Of a stretch of DNA of 64,000 nucleotides, positions 45,831 to 57,900 are shown one piece after another (the first letter of the stretch is position 1; each line of letters starts with the position of its first letter). The notes beneath the pieces were generated by a model, which did not search any database, was not told the DNA's origin, and saw only the letters and a program-made list of their open reading frames with translations. This DNA comes from a virus (taxonomy: Duplodnaviria > Caudoviricetes). The stretch lies in IMG/VR virus record IMGVR_UViG_3300027914_001343, positions 64,001 to 128,000 of that record. One strand, given 5' to 3'. The translations under genes were made by a program, and so were the position numbers.

Positions 45831-48800
45831 TCACTTCCTGTAGATCTCCACAGCTTTCTTGGCGACTACCTTCAGCAGAGTCGTGGTCGTACCAATAACG
45901 AAGGGGCTCGTTACAATACGATCGTAAATAGACTTCTGACCAAAGATACCATCAACGATAATACCTGATTCCGTTCGAATCTCGAACGGTTGTACCTTAC
46001 CGAAAACGGTTTTGAGCTGGTTACAGAACACGCCCTTGTCACCGATACCGGCAGGTGCATCACCAGTGATGTAAATGCGAATCGCCATGGAGTCCAATGC
46101 AAGGGGTTCGCCCTCGACACGGAAACTCTCATCGACTTGCCCAGTAAAGGATTTCTTGCCGAGCTCACGACTTCTACGCATCAGCTCCTTGTCAGAAGCA
46201 TTAACAATAGAGCGGAGTGTTTCGGACATGTCTTCCTTTTCGCCGTGATAGAAAACCTCGATACGTTCAACAACGCCCTTGGATTTCGCCATAGGGGTTT
46301 GTGCGCCGAGAACGCGGAGTGCTTCAATGGATTCCTCATCAAACATGCCGGCCCTGGAGGTCACAGCATCTTCGATTATGCATAAAATGTCTTCGGATTC
46401 CACAACATCGCCAACTTTGATCAGTTTTCTTACACTCTGATCAAACGTAACGACAATGGTTCGTACCTTAGTTGTCTTGGTTTTCAACAACTCAGCCACT
46501 CTCTTAGAGATAGTAGAAGAGTCTTCCAGCGTATCTGTGCTTTCGAACAGAGCCGTCTTTACAAGAGTAGCTGTCTTCCAAACGACAGTACCGGGACAAA
46601 GAGGATCTTTTTCAAAGAACCCAGGGTTGTAAGTGAGGATATCGCCTTCCTTCACTTTTTGTCCGATCTTAACATTCGCAACGACTTCTTGCGGAATTGT
46701 CAGACCGCCGGAGTTACCATAGCGTCGGCCGATTTCGATATATCGACGTTCACCGTCTACGTACTCAACGCAGACAGCATTTTCGGTAACATCAACAATC
46801 TTACCGTCCTTCTTGGCAGCAAATGCAAACATGTCGCCAGTGCGCTTAGCTATGACTTGTTCATAACCTGTCCGAACGAGAGCTGGTCTATAGCCATTAC
46901 ACGGAACTGTGTGTTCGTGCTGAATTGACACAAAGTTGACGCGTTTCCCATCGTCACGATCAGATGCTGGTGAAACAAGTGCCGACGAAGAGAGAAGACT
47001 TGACGGATCAGGATTCTTCAGATCAAACCTACGCGAAGTTCCGCGCAGAGAAGTGAACATCGGGTCTGCACTGGTGTAAATGTTGATACCGGTGTCAGAG
47101 CTATCCTTAGTTGCTTCAGAAATAGTACCCATGTCGTTAGGATGATAAGCGCGCGTGCGCTTCACCATAGAGCGAGAACTACGACCGCCAGCACCGTTGT
47201 ACGTAACAGACTCTTGGGCCTTCAAGTTTTCAATTGGGTTGATGTCAGACACCAAAGCAATCGACGGGTCTTGAGTGATAGTTTTCCAAACAGCAAAAGG
47301 ATTCAAATCAATCTGTGCTTTTGCTTTACCTGGACGCCCAGCGTGGCCTCGGATGGAACGAACGATTTCAGTATAAACAGCACCAGCCATACGTTCATAA
47401 CCACGGAGCCGCATGTAAGCCGGATCAAGTTCATCTGGGTGTTGATCAATAAGAAGCATCTTGCAAGAACGAATAAGCAAGCCACGGAAATCAGTCGGCT
47501 CATTCATCCCAATCAGAAGTTCCTTAGTGATCGGGTCAATAAACATCCGATACATCAAATCGATCTCGCGCAGATAACGCGCGCCAAGACCAGCGCTTTC
47601 AAGCACATTCAGATAAACACCAGGACGATCAAATTCATGGCTGTTGAAGCTCTTGATAGCGCGATGATACTCGTTGAAACCACCGAACACCATTGCGGCC
47701 AAACGATCGTCACGATTGAATACCAGGGTTTCATCACTGAAGACAACGCTGAATTCGTCTTCCGTAACGTTTGCTCGTTGCCCAGCCATAACTCGACGTG
47801 GCGTTACCTTCAAGTACCTGAGCAAACGTTCCAACCCCATCTCGTAAGCCAGAACAACACCAACAGGAATTGGCTTACCCTGAACTTTAAGCACGGCAAA
47901 TTCAACAGGCTTCTTGTTCAGGTCGAGTTCAATGCATTCTTCGAACGGCAAGAGGAGTTCGTAAACGCCTTTGCTATTGACAACGTAAAGTGCGTCATCT
48001 TGATCGATCAATACATCGCGACCATCAGAAGTCTTACCGCAGGGTTTGAACTTCTGACTGGAACGACCGTGAGAATAACTGTTGAACTTATCGCCGTAGA
48101 CTTTCTCAAGTTTTACGTGATCCAGATACAGAGTAACGCTTACTGGTTTGGAATTAGCTTCCACGAACTTACCAACGAAGGTGATTTCGCGGAAACCCAT
48201 AGCGAGCGTGCTGTAAAGCCTTGGGGCATCGTAAGCTGAATCAAAAACGTTACTTGGTTGAATAACCTCGATGGTTTTATCATCAGGGTCCATGCCCTTA
48301 GCCATGACAGAGTTACGCAACCAGACACCGTAGTTATCCACGCGTTTTTCGCTACGACTAACAAACGTTTTGCCGTAGTAGCTAGTCAAAGCAACCTTGT
48401 CGAAAGAGATCTTCCGAATCGGCATATCACCACGCTGTTTACGCATGCGGTACTTAATACCGTTAGCGGAATAGACACCCTCATCATCAATAACTGGAAG
48501 CTTGAAACGAAGCGTGCTTGGCGTACCTTCAACAGGTGTAACACGAACGCTGTGAATGTCGTAACTGCCAAGAATATCCTCGACACGTTCCACTTCGTAA
48601 CCAGTTACACAAAGACCTGCGTTTTGAACACCCATGACCATGCCTGCTACGTCTTTGTGGAATACCTCTTTGAGATAAACCGAATCAAAGTCCTGCAGTG
48701 TTGACTTCAGCATGGTTTTGTCAAACACAGACGGGATGTCGGGAATCTTTTTGGATTCCTTAATCTGTACGACTTCAGGGTTTACTTTCATGAAAGTCTC

Positions 48801-50282
48801 AAGCGTACCAGTACCGTAAGGTGCAGGGATTTGCTTATAAGACTTAGAAAGTTCCTGATAGCGACGATACTCAGCTGCCGTCATCCCGCCATCGTCAGCC
48901 AGACGATTGCAAATTTCCATGACAGCTTCGTCAGGAGCTTTGTCGGCAGCAACCATATCGAACGTATCGACAGCAGCCATTTCTGCTTCATGATTCTCTT
49001 TCTGAATTGCGTCAAGAGCTTCAAGGTCTTTTTCGATCTGGTTTTCAATTTCCTGATCTACCTTGATATCATCAACAGTATCGATTGTCCCGACAACATT
49101 ATCCGCCACAACAGCACTGACGTCAACTTCTTCAGTAGGGGTTTTTACGGAACCATCAGAATGAATCCGGCTGTGCGCATGTTGATGGGTTTCTTTGTGA
49201 ACCAGAGGTTCAACCGGAGTAGCGCTTTTCACAATAGTAGTTGCTTCACCGGTATCTTTACCAGTATCTTCATCTTCAGAACCAGCTGCTTCTACAACGT
49301 CGTTAGTTACTACACCATTCCGAATCTGGAGCATGGCCATGACAAAACGCAAGACACGATACTGCAGTTGTTTAGGTTCAAGCCCTTTAGTTGCTGCCCT
49401 TTCATCCAGTTGACCTTTGAAATCACCATCGTTCTCAGAAGGTTTTCTCCAACTGTCAATAACACCAAGGTTAAGCACCGTCCAACGGCCAGATTCTTGG
49501 AAGATGAGGTTGACCTTCTTCAGCTGTTCCTTGTCGATCTTAGAGATCATGGACTTAGAACGCCCTTCACCACACCACTTCCAGATTTCAAGCAAGAAGA
49601 GTGATTCAGGACTGTTAAAGATCGCAAGCGTCCGTTGCGTCATTGCTTCCATAGAAACATTAAGCGCTTCAGCGAACCCTTCCATAACGAAGTTAAATCG
49701 GTCCTCGCTTTCGAAAGCTACGGTCATAGCTTCTGCAGCCATCTTCAGTTCGAACAAAGAAGGCAGGCTCTTAGGAAGAGTAACGTCGATGAAGTGATTC
49801 CGTTCACTTTCAGTAACCGTTTTACTGATGTTGTCCCAAACAGTAGCGTTGATGTTGTGCCACTTGTTGTATTCGCTATAAAGCGAACGGACGTACCGAT
49901 AAGTGCGGTGCAAAAAACTGTAGTTGTAAACAAGCGGAACGTTCACATCACGCAAACCAGTCTTCGAATCAGTTACCGAAAGATAACGACGGTTCTTGAT
50001 GAAGTACTGTCGAATCACAGTGGAGAACTGTATAGGAACAATCCGTGGATTGCCTTCGAGCTCAGCCAGCTGAGTGACTTGCATGACCGGAATTCGTCGT
50101 CTAATATTCCTGAAAAGGAATTCATCAGGAGCAGGACCATCGTCAAGCGGACCGTCACCTGGATGATGAAAGATAGAAAGACGCGGAAGCTCCAGAAGCT
50201 CGATAGGTGCAGTAATCGGACTCAGCAACATCTCGAGTTTCCGAATACCAAACTTCCTGAAAAAGACATCGTAGTGAATCAT
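45831..50282 (-). CDS. Virion RNA polymerase beta subunit (phiKZ gp178-like)
   Basis: 1483 aa; GGRSSRSMVKRTRAYH, DDGKRVNF, EDSSTIS and GDKGVFCNQLKTV motifs. Confidence 0.92.
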   Translation of the reverse strand: MIHYDVFFRKFGIRKLEMLLSPITAPIELLELPRLSIFHHPGDGPLDDGPAPDEFLFRNIRRRIPVMQVTQLAELEGNPRIVPIQFSTVIRQYFIKNRRYLSVTDSKTGLRDVNVPLVYNYSFLHRTYRYVRSLYSEYNKWHNINATVWDNISKTVTESERNHFIDVTLPKSLPSLFELKMAAEAMTVAFESEDRFNFVMEGFAEALNVSMEAMTQRTLAIFNSPESLFLLEIWKWCGEGRSKSMISKIDKEQLKKVNLIFQESGRWTVLNLGVIDSWRKPSENDGDFKGQLDERAATKGLEPKQLQYRVLRFVMAMLQIRNGVVTNDVVEAAGSEDEDTGKDTGEATTIVKSATPVEPLVHKETHQHAHSRIHSDGSVKTPTEEVDVSAVVADNVVGTIDTVDDIKVDQEIENQIEKDLEALDAIQKENHEAEMAAVDTFDMVAADKAPDEAVMEICNRLADDGGMTAAEYRRYQELSKSYKQIPAPYGTGTLETFMKVNPEVVQIKESKKIPDIPSVFDKTMLKSTLQDFDSVYLKEVFHKDVAGMVMGVQNAGLCVTGYEVERVEDILGSYDIHSVRVTPVEGTPSTLRFKLPVIDDEGVYSANGIKYRMRKQRGDMPIRKISFDKVALTSYYGKTFVSRSEKRVDNYGVWLRNSVMAKGMDPDDKTIEVIQPSNVFDSAYDAPRLYSTLAMGFREITFVGKFVEANSKPVSVTLYLDHVKLEKVYGDKFNSYSHGRSSQKFKPCGKTSDGRDVLIDQDDALYVVNSKGVYELLLPFEECIELDLNKKPVEFAVLKVQGKPIPVGVVLAYEMGLERLLRYLKVTPRRVMAGQRANVTEDEFSVVFSDETLVFNRDDRLAAMVFGGFNEYHRAIKSFNSHEFDRPGVYLNVLESAGLGARYLREIDLMYRMFIDPITKELLIGMNEPTDFRGLLIRSCKMLLIDQHPDELDPAYMRLRGYERMAGAVYTEIVRSIRGHAGRPGKAKAQIDLNPFAVWKTITQDPSIALVSDINPIENLKAQESVTYNGAGGRSSRSMVKRTRAYHPNDMGTISEATKDSSDTGINIYTSADPMFTSLRGTSRRFDLKNPDPSSLLSSSALVSPASDRDDGKRVNFVSIQHEHTVPCNGYRPALVRTGYEQVIAKRTGDMFAFAAKKDGKIVDVTENAVCVEYVDGERRYIEIGRRYGNSGGLTIPQEVVANVKIGQKVKEGDILTYNPGFFEKDPLCPGTVVWKTATLVKTALFESTDTLEDSSTISKRVAELLKTKTTKVRTIVVTFDQSVRKLIKVGDVVESEDILCIIEDAVTSRAGMFDEESIEALRVLGAQTPMAKSKGVVERIEVFYHGEKEDMSETLRSIVNASDKELMRRSRELGKKSFTGQVDESFRVEGEPLALDSMAIRIYITGDAPAGIGDKGVFCNQLKTVFGKVQPFEIRTESGIIVDGIFGQKSIYDRIVTSPFVIGTTTTLLKVVAKKAVEIYRK

Positions 50283-50284
50283 CG

Positions 50285-51904
50285 TTAGTCACCTGTCAAA
50301 TTGTGTAAAACGAGCTTGACTGTATCGATCCCACAGCTAGAGACCAAACTACCATCGACATCGACATAAGCACGTTTCTGTTTAAAGAACGCATTTACTT
50401 CAGCTACGGATTCGTCGCTATAAACGAAGTTACCTGACGCCGTATCACCGTCGAAGTCAGCTTCAAGACCCTTAAGTTTGGACGGATGCGGAACAAGTGT
50501 GTTAAGGAAGTCACTGTCACGAACAGGGAACTGATAAGCGATATCGTCATCCGGACAAGGCGCCCATTGATCATCAAGAGGCCTGCGCTTCTCAGAAACA
50601 ACAGTAGTTTTTACGTAAGTCTTACTTGGGTAAATACTACCACTACCTGCAACAGGGTAGCGCGTAACGAAAAGCGGATAGTTGTTGATCACCTTGTAGA
50701 CCGAGAGGTACAGAAGTTCACAAAGAGTTATTGGACGTACGTGCCGAATATCCCGTGATTCAGGAACTTCGCCGATATCGTGGATCAGTTTGAAGGTATT
50801 GTCAGGACCGAGATAAATCAGACCGATGTAATAACCATCAACCTCAACGTAGCGATGACGCATTTCTTCATCACCAAACTGCGTAATTGTCTTCTCGATA
50901 CCTTCATTCGTCATCCAGCGATCGTAATAGTACGGCTTCAGACGAACCAGCTCAGCTTTCAGAGTCTTCTTATTGACCAGCTTAGCAGGTGCTTCAGGAC
51001 TAGTAAAAACACTAGCAATAAAACCATTACGAATCTGGTAACAGGAGACAGGTAAAATACCTTTCATAGCTTGGTACAAACCAACCAGAGTGGTATTCAT
51101 CGTAATCGCGTCAGGAGCATCCAGAAATGGCGTGGAAGTGTCCATGGCAGTAATAACGTTACGAGTACCATTAAAGATACGGCGCGATGCCCACTTACCG
51201 AGGAAGAGTTTCTTCTTGCCCTCTACCATTGATTCGATAAAAGCATAAAGCTCATTGAACCGCATCTGGAGGTTATATCGCGCCACATTCAGAACTTCCG
51301 GACTTGAGTTCACTGCTGACTCAGAAACAGTATTCGCAATCGAAAGAATCTGACGGTAGAACTTGTTGATATCGCCTTCCGTGATACGACCGTTCTTGAC
51401 TTCAAGATCTCGATAACCAGCCGGCATAACGACGATTTTGTCAGTCATCGCTGTCGACTTGTACTTTTCCAAAAGAGCAATGCTTTGCTGACGTGTAATG
51501 CTCTTCGTTTCCTCGAACTTGATGTCCTTCCATTTAGAAACAAAGAACGCAAAGCCGGTCTTACCATCAATGCTGTTAGAGCGTTCGAAATCATTGGTTT
51601 CGGTATTCCAGATGGCGTATTCTGCGCCAGACATGATGCCAGAATAAAGACCTTTCATGTCAACCAGTGTTTTGTAAATGATCGGGTGGAAAATAGGAAC
51701 ACGGATGTCGATGTAGGAGAAACGCTTATCGCGCATTTCAGTTCCTACCTTACCAAACGTGCTAACAGAAAACAAACCATCTTCGTGGAACTGATTAGCT
51801 CCATCAAAGAAATCAAGAGCCTTAACTGGCTTCAAACCTTGCAGCTTTCTTTGATCGAGTTCAAGCAACGAAACGTTGAAAGGAACGCTAATTGGAGAGC
51901 CCAT
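50285..51904 (-). CDS. Virion RNA polymerase beta' N-terminal subunit (phiKZ gp180-like)
   Basis: Catalytic ADFDGD; DGLFSVSTFG, SRRIFNGTRNVI and VTRYP motifs. Confidence 0.92.
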   Translation of the reverse strand: MGSPISVPFNVSLLELDQRKLQGLKPVKALDFFDGANQFHEDGLFSVSTFGKVGTEMRDKRFSYIDIRVPIFHPIIYKTLVDMKGLYSGIMSGAEYAIWNTETNDFERSNSIDGKTGFAFFVSKWKDIKFEETKSITRQQSIALLEKYKSTAMTDKIVVMPAGYRDLEVKNGRITEGDINKFYRQILSIANTVSESAVNSSPEVLNVARYNLQMRFNELYAFIESMVEGKKKLFLGKWASRRIFNGTRNVITAMDTSTPFLDAPDAITMNTTLVGLYQAMKGILPVSCYQIRNGFIASVFTSPEAPAKLVNKKTLKAELVRLKPYYYDRWMTNEGIEKTITQFGDEEMRHRYVEVDGYYIGLIYLGPDNTFKLIHDIGEVPESRDIRHVRPITLCELLYLSVYKVINNYPLFVTRYPVAGSGSIYPSKTYVKTTVVSEKRRPLDDQWAPCPDDDIAYQFPVRDSDFLNTLVPHPSKLKGLEADFDGDTASGNFVYSDESVAEVNAFFKQKRAYVDVDGSLVSSCGIDTVKLVLHNLTGD

Positions 51905-51967
51905 TTCTCACTCCTTTAGGCTAAACTTATGAGGTCTTAGGACTATTCTTATAAACGGAGCCAAATT

Positions 51968-54900
51968 ATGGCCAGTAAAGATCAATTCGTAGTCGATGAT
52001 TTTAACTTCGATAATGAGTTAGCTTTCCCTGATTTTGGTGGCGAAGGTAACGGGTTTACGGTCAAAGATGATCGATCCCCTGTTACCAAATTTGCCTCTG
52101 GATTTGGCGAAGGCATGAAGGACGCGCTGACGAGTGAAGCTTTCATTCGTACTGCGGTTAAGACGGCGCTGCCACGCGGTTATGGTCAAGCTCTTGACAT
52201 GACTGGTGAGGTTACCAGCTCCGTTAAGGATCTATACAATAGTACGGCTCAAGAACTTAAGCCGGTTATTAAAGATCTCAGACGGATCACTGGGCGTGTT
52301 TTGCCTGACGCAGAAAAATTTCTACCTAAGTCAGTAGCGGATAAACTGCGTGAGTTTTCGAAAGATCCTGACGAACGCTCTGGTAGTGATTTCGATCCAC
52401 GAGAAGCTTCCATTCAAGGCTCTCTCGGCGAAGTCTTCCAGATGCAGGCAGAGACTGAAGCCAAGAAAGAAAAGACTGACGATACCAAGGATAAACTGCG
52501 TGAAGGTGTACAGCAGCTTCGTTTCCGCTCCGAGATGCATGAACTGGACGCCATTCGTATCGGTGTACAGCAACTCGCGTCGTATCAGGATAAAGTAGGC
52601 GTTAACTTCCAGCGTAAGTCACTGGAATTGCAATACCGCCAATACTTCGTTGCAATGGATGCATTGCAAGAAGCGAAGACCCAAGGTGAACTCTTCAAGG
52701 AAGCACTTCCTGTCATTGCCAAGAACACCGGCCTTCCTGACTATGTCAAGAAGACACCGATGGAAAGCATGAAGGAAATAATGCGTAACAAGTTTATCGA
52801 ATCCATGAACGATGGGATTTTCGATAAGCGTCGAAACTTCGTGAGGAACTTTACCCGTAACCTTACCAAGACAATCAAGAACAAAGTAGCACAGTCTGCG
52901 TCTGATTTCCAGATGGCGTTGGCTGGCGGTGAAATGATGCTTGACGCTGCAGAGATGCAGAAGGAAATGGGTGGGGAGTTCGACGGTTATGGCATGGCTG
53001 GTAATATGGCTGCCAACACTGTCGTTGATAGTTTTGGTGCCAAATACGGTAAGAAGCTTCGTGAGTACATCGAAGAATCCAATGCCGGTAAACCGATTGT
53101 AGGTCTTGGAAACAAGCTTATCTACGGAGCCACTAACCTTGCTCAAGAAGCTGGGATGTGGGCTAAGTCCGATAAGAACAGCAATATCCCATTTGTTGAC
53201 CTTATCAAGGAAACTATCAACAGTACACTTGGGCGTCAAGATAACAGTCTCGATGTTGATGATCTCGGTAATCTGCAAGAACCTATGCCGTTTAATCGCA
53301 GAACGGCTAAGTCAATCAACGAAATCATTCCTGGATTGCTTGCACGAATTCACCGAGAAATTAAGATCCTCCGCACTGGTGATGAAAATGCAGAACTAGT
53401 GTCGTATGACTTTAGCTCGAACAAGTTCAGTACTGAAGAGAAAGTCCAGAAGAAGATTTTCACTGAAGTAATCAAACAGGAAAACAAAGCTTCTATTGAA
53501 CGCGATGTCCGTGAAATTGTTGATCTTGTCGATAAGGACAAAAAGCTTAGTCCAGAAGAGCGTAAAATCCTTGGTGAGTTTATGCTCAAGGATAACGTCG
53601 AAGGTCATGGGGTTTCTCATTCCCGTCGCCTGACAGACGTGACTTCGTACGAAGGCAAGTTCTCTAAAGATGCTGAAATGCTTGCAGAAGCATTCAAGCG
53701 ATACTTTGAAAAGGACGAAGTCGGCAATAAACAGATTGCGTTGTCTAGCAAGTACGCGCAGCTCGGCGATCGTATTAGTGATAGCCGTAAGAAGATTCAG
53801 GAATTTAGTCTAGCTGGCCAGCAAGAATTGCTTGGTCGTCTTGGTTTGATTACTGAAGATTTCGATGCTGTTGCGCAGAAGAACATCAACAACATGCATT
53901 ACGAAAATCTTGGTAAAACTTCGGAAGAAGAATATCAAGAGCTTCAAGCAAAGAACGTTGAGTCAGTCTCTTCTGAAGGTGACGCTATTTCCAAGAAAGC
54001 TGGAAAGCCTTATAGTCGTAAAGCCAGAGGTCGCACTCCTATCGAGGAAGAAAAGCAAAAACCAGAATTCAACGCAGGCATTAAGCAAGAACCAATCAAG
54101 CTTAATGTCAAGGATCTTAAGTTGGATCTTGGTGAAGTAGTGGGTGCGCTTGGCGAAAATCGTTCTGTTGAAGAGAAGCAATTGGCTATGCTCGAGAAAA
54201 TCGAGGAACGCCTGAATGCTGGTATTAAGTTCATCAACATGAACGGCATTAGCGAAGCCATGGGTGACGGCATGACCAGTCTTAAGGAAGGCCTTAAGAA
54301 GGGTAAGCGGTGGTGGAATGAGTCCGTCCTCGAGAACATGAAGTCTCTTGGCTCTGGTGCTTGGAATCTTGGCGGTAAAGCCGTAGGCGCGGTTAGCGAA
54401 GGTTTCAATAGAACTAAGAAATGGGGTGGTAAGGGGATTGAGAAAGTCAAAGAGTGGTGGGCTGACGATCTCTGGTTACCTGGCGAAACAGTCCCTCGTT
54501 TGCTTGCTTGGAAGATGGAAGCAGGTCACTATATCGACGAAGCTAGCGGTAAGGTGATCAAATCTGCCAAGGACATTACCAGTAACGTTATTGATACCAC
54601 CTTGCCTGCTGGCCAACAAATTGTTCTGCAGGCAACAGATCGTTTTAAGATCGAAGCCAGAACCATTGGTGGAAAGATCAAGAACATCGCTAAAGCACTC
54701 GGTGGCGGTTTCCTTAAGAAAGGTAAGGAACTCTACGATAAGCTCCCTGCGGCCTATGCTACCGCGCTTGGTATCGGCAAGAAGATCGTTCAGAAGGTTT
54801 GGGGTGTTCTTGATGGTCCTGTAGACGTTTACGTTAAAGGTCGACTCGAACAACCTGCACTTACTGCTCTTGGGATGCGTTCCGGGTATTACCGTTCCAA

Positions 54901-57900
54901 AATGACTGGTAAAGCAATCGAAAAGGTAAGTGATATCGACGGCCCAGTCATCGCGGCGGATAGCGGTGATGTGTTGCTTACCCACGACGATATTGCGAAG
55001 GGCCTTGTCGATAAGAACGGCAAGCCAATTCGACACGGTCTTGGTAAGCTTTTCGGCATGGGTAAAGATTTGGTCAAAGGTGCTGTTCGTAGCGTCATGA
55101 AAGCTGGTTCCGCTGTTGCTGGTTGGCTTCGCAATAGTCTTGGCAGTGTTCGTGAATTCTTCGCCGGTATGCTTGGTCCTGACGGGTTGCTGTTTGGTGG
55201 TGCTGGACAGATGGTTGATCACTTAGCAGCTATTCGACAGATCTTGGACGATCGCCTCCCAGGCGGTTCTAAAAAGGTTGAAGGCGATGCCGATGGCGAT
55301 GGTGTGCGCGATGGTTCTGCTGCAGACCAGCGTCGCAAACGTAAGCCTAAAGGTAAGACAGAGTCAGTTGCACGACCTGATGAGAAGCCCGGTGTTTTTG
55401 GAAAAATGCAGGGTTTCTTTGATCGTATTGCTAAACGGTTTGAAGATAAAGACGAAGATTCTGATGAAGGTGGGATTGATGTCGATATTGATACCGATGG
55501 CGGTAGCGATCGTAGGAAGAGCCGTAAGCAACGTCTGAAGGACAAGGCTCGCCATGCCAAGGACCGCACTGTTGAAAAACTCAAGGAACTTCGTGAGAAA
55601 ACTAAACCTCATTTGGACGAAGCCAAAGAAAAGGCTAAGGACAAGATTCAAGAGGCTCGCGAGAAAGGCAAAATCAAAGCTGAAGAAGCCAGGGAAAAAG
55701 CCAAAACCAAATACGCTGAAGGCAAAGCAAAGGCCAAGGGTTACTGGGAAACTACCCGTGAAAAACTCAAGGAAAAAGCTGACGCTAGAAAAGCACTGAA
55801 GGCAGAAAAAGCAGCAGCTAAGGCCGCAGCTAAAAAACCTTCCTTTGGTGGTCGTATGGCGCGCGCAGGTATGCGTGGTCTTGGTAAAGGCGCATGGGGT
55901 CTCGCTAAGGGTGTTGGAAGCGTCGGAATGGGCGCTGCTCGTGTTGTTGGTGCTACAGGTAGTCTTCTTAATGCGGGCATCAGTGGCGGAGCTAGTCTGC
56001 TCGGTCGCGGTCTCATGATGGGAGCTAGCGCTTTAGCGCCAGTTGCTGGCGCAGCTGTAAGTGCTGTTGGTAGTGCCGTCGGTGCAGGTCTTGGATTAGC
56101 AGGCAGTGCCCTCGCCGGAGTTGGTGCTATTTTGGCATCACCAGTTGTACTTGGTGCTCTTGCGGTCGGCGCTGTAGCTGCCGGTGGATACTTCGCTTAC
56201 AAATACTTTACACGTAATAAACTCGACGATTGGTCAAAACTCCGCTACATTCAGTACGGTTTTGCGGCTGATAAAAACGACTGGGTTAGTAAGGTGTTTG
56301 AACTTGAAGATCTTCTGCTTCCGTACATCACCTACGACCAACAAGGTAATGCAGCGTTCCATGTATCCAGCCTTGATGATAAAGTCAAGGAAAAGCTTAA
56401 GGATAACATCAAAGCCTTTGGTGTAAGTTTTGATAAGCAGGACCAGGTGGAGAATTGGTTGCATTGGTTTGACGCACGTTTCAGACCAGTTTACCTTACT
56501 CACTTGACTGCTTTGAAGAAAACCAAAGACAAGGTTCCGCTTAGTGATGTCGGAGATAAGCTTTCTGCGGTTGAACGCAAGAAGTACTTCGATCTAGCCA
56601 AGTTCCCTGATGGTCCTTATGGTGCTGCGTACTCGCCTACACCTGAATTGAAATCTCTCCCGTCTGGAGCAAAAGAAGTTAAGGCCTACGTCGATCAAAT
56701 GCAACCAAAGATCGACAAAGAAGCGGCGGACGAAGAGAAGAAAGGAAAGGATGGTGGTAAGAGCAAGAATGCTGCTACTAGAGCAGCAATTGCTGCCTCT
56801 GATTCAGTAAGTGATCCTGTTGCGCAGAAAGCCCAAGCCAGCAAGCCAGGTGAAAAAGACGCTAAGCCAGGAACACCGGGTGCTAAGCCAGCTACGCCTA
56901 AAGCAGGAGCGCCAGCGGCAGCAGCTGTCGCAGCAGCAGTTGCTGGTGGTGGTAAAGATACTGGTGCTATCAAGGTGGAGGCTACAGCTAAGCCAATTGG
57001 GGGCGTTATTGGTGGTATTGTTAGTGGTGTCGACGCGGTCCGCTACAAGGCTTACGGTATCAAGGAAATGGAAGCCGACAAGCTTTCAGTAATTACAACC
57101 CTTGAAGCTGAAGTGGTTTCGTTTATAAAGATTGACGGCAAGAAGGTCGTTAGTTGGAACGGTAGTCCTGAGGCTATGTTTAACAAACATGGCGCTGCTT
57201 TCGGAGTTGATTTGTCCGACAGTAATCACAAGGCTTCCTGGATGAGTTGGTTTACTGAACGATTCCTCCCGACTTACCTCAACTACTTGACGTTGCTTTT
57301 CAGCGCTACCAATAAGTCAGATGTAAATGCAGCGCGTGTTGCTTTGAAGGATCAAGCTGCTGTTGATGTGGCTATGGGTGTACTTAATACGAGCGTAGCT
57401 GGGAAATCTGTCTGGCTCAACGGTCGTAGTCCATGGCCTGGGTATGAACTTAACGGAAACGTTAACAGTACTGACAAAAACATCGCTGGGTTGAAAGACC
57501 AAGCAAAACAAGCAGTTCTTAATGAGCAACAATCAGTTGACCGTAAAGGCACTAAGGATGGCTCTGATAAAAAGAGCGCTAATGGTGCTAATCAGGATGG
57601 TAACAAGAATCAAGACGCTGACAAAACCAAAGACCAAGGCTTCTTCAAAGACATGGTTTCTGGCGCTAAGGATGCCCTCAGTAGCGTTAAGTCCGGTTAT
57701 GGAAAAGCAATGGATGCATTGGGTTTCAGCAACCATTCTGAAGAGTACGGCCAAGGCACAGTTGTTAACATGCCTACTAAAGGCACTGGCGGTAAGTATG
57801 ATGAGGTTCCAGTACCTACTGGCGATGGGAACGCACCTGCTCTGGCTCCGACAATTAATGCTGCTGCAAAGATTGTCGGTGTAGACCCGTCACTGATGAT

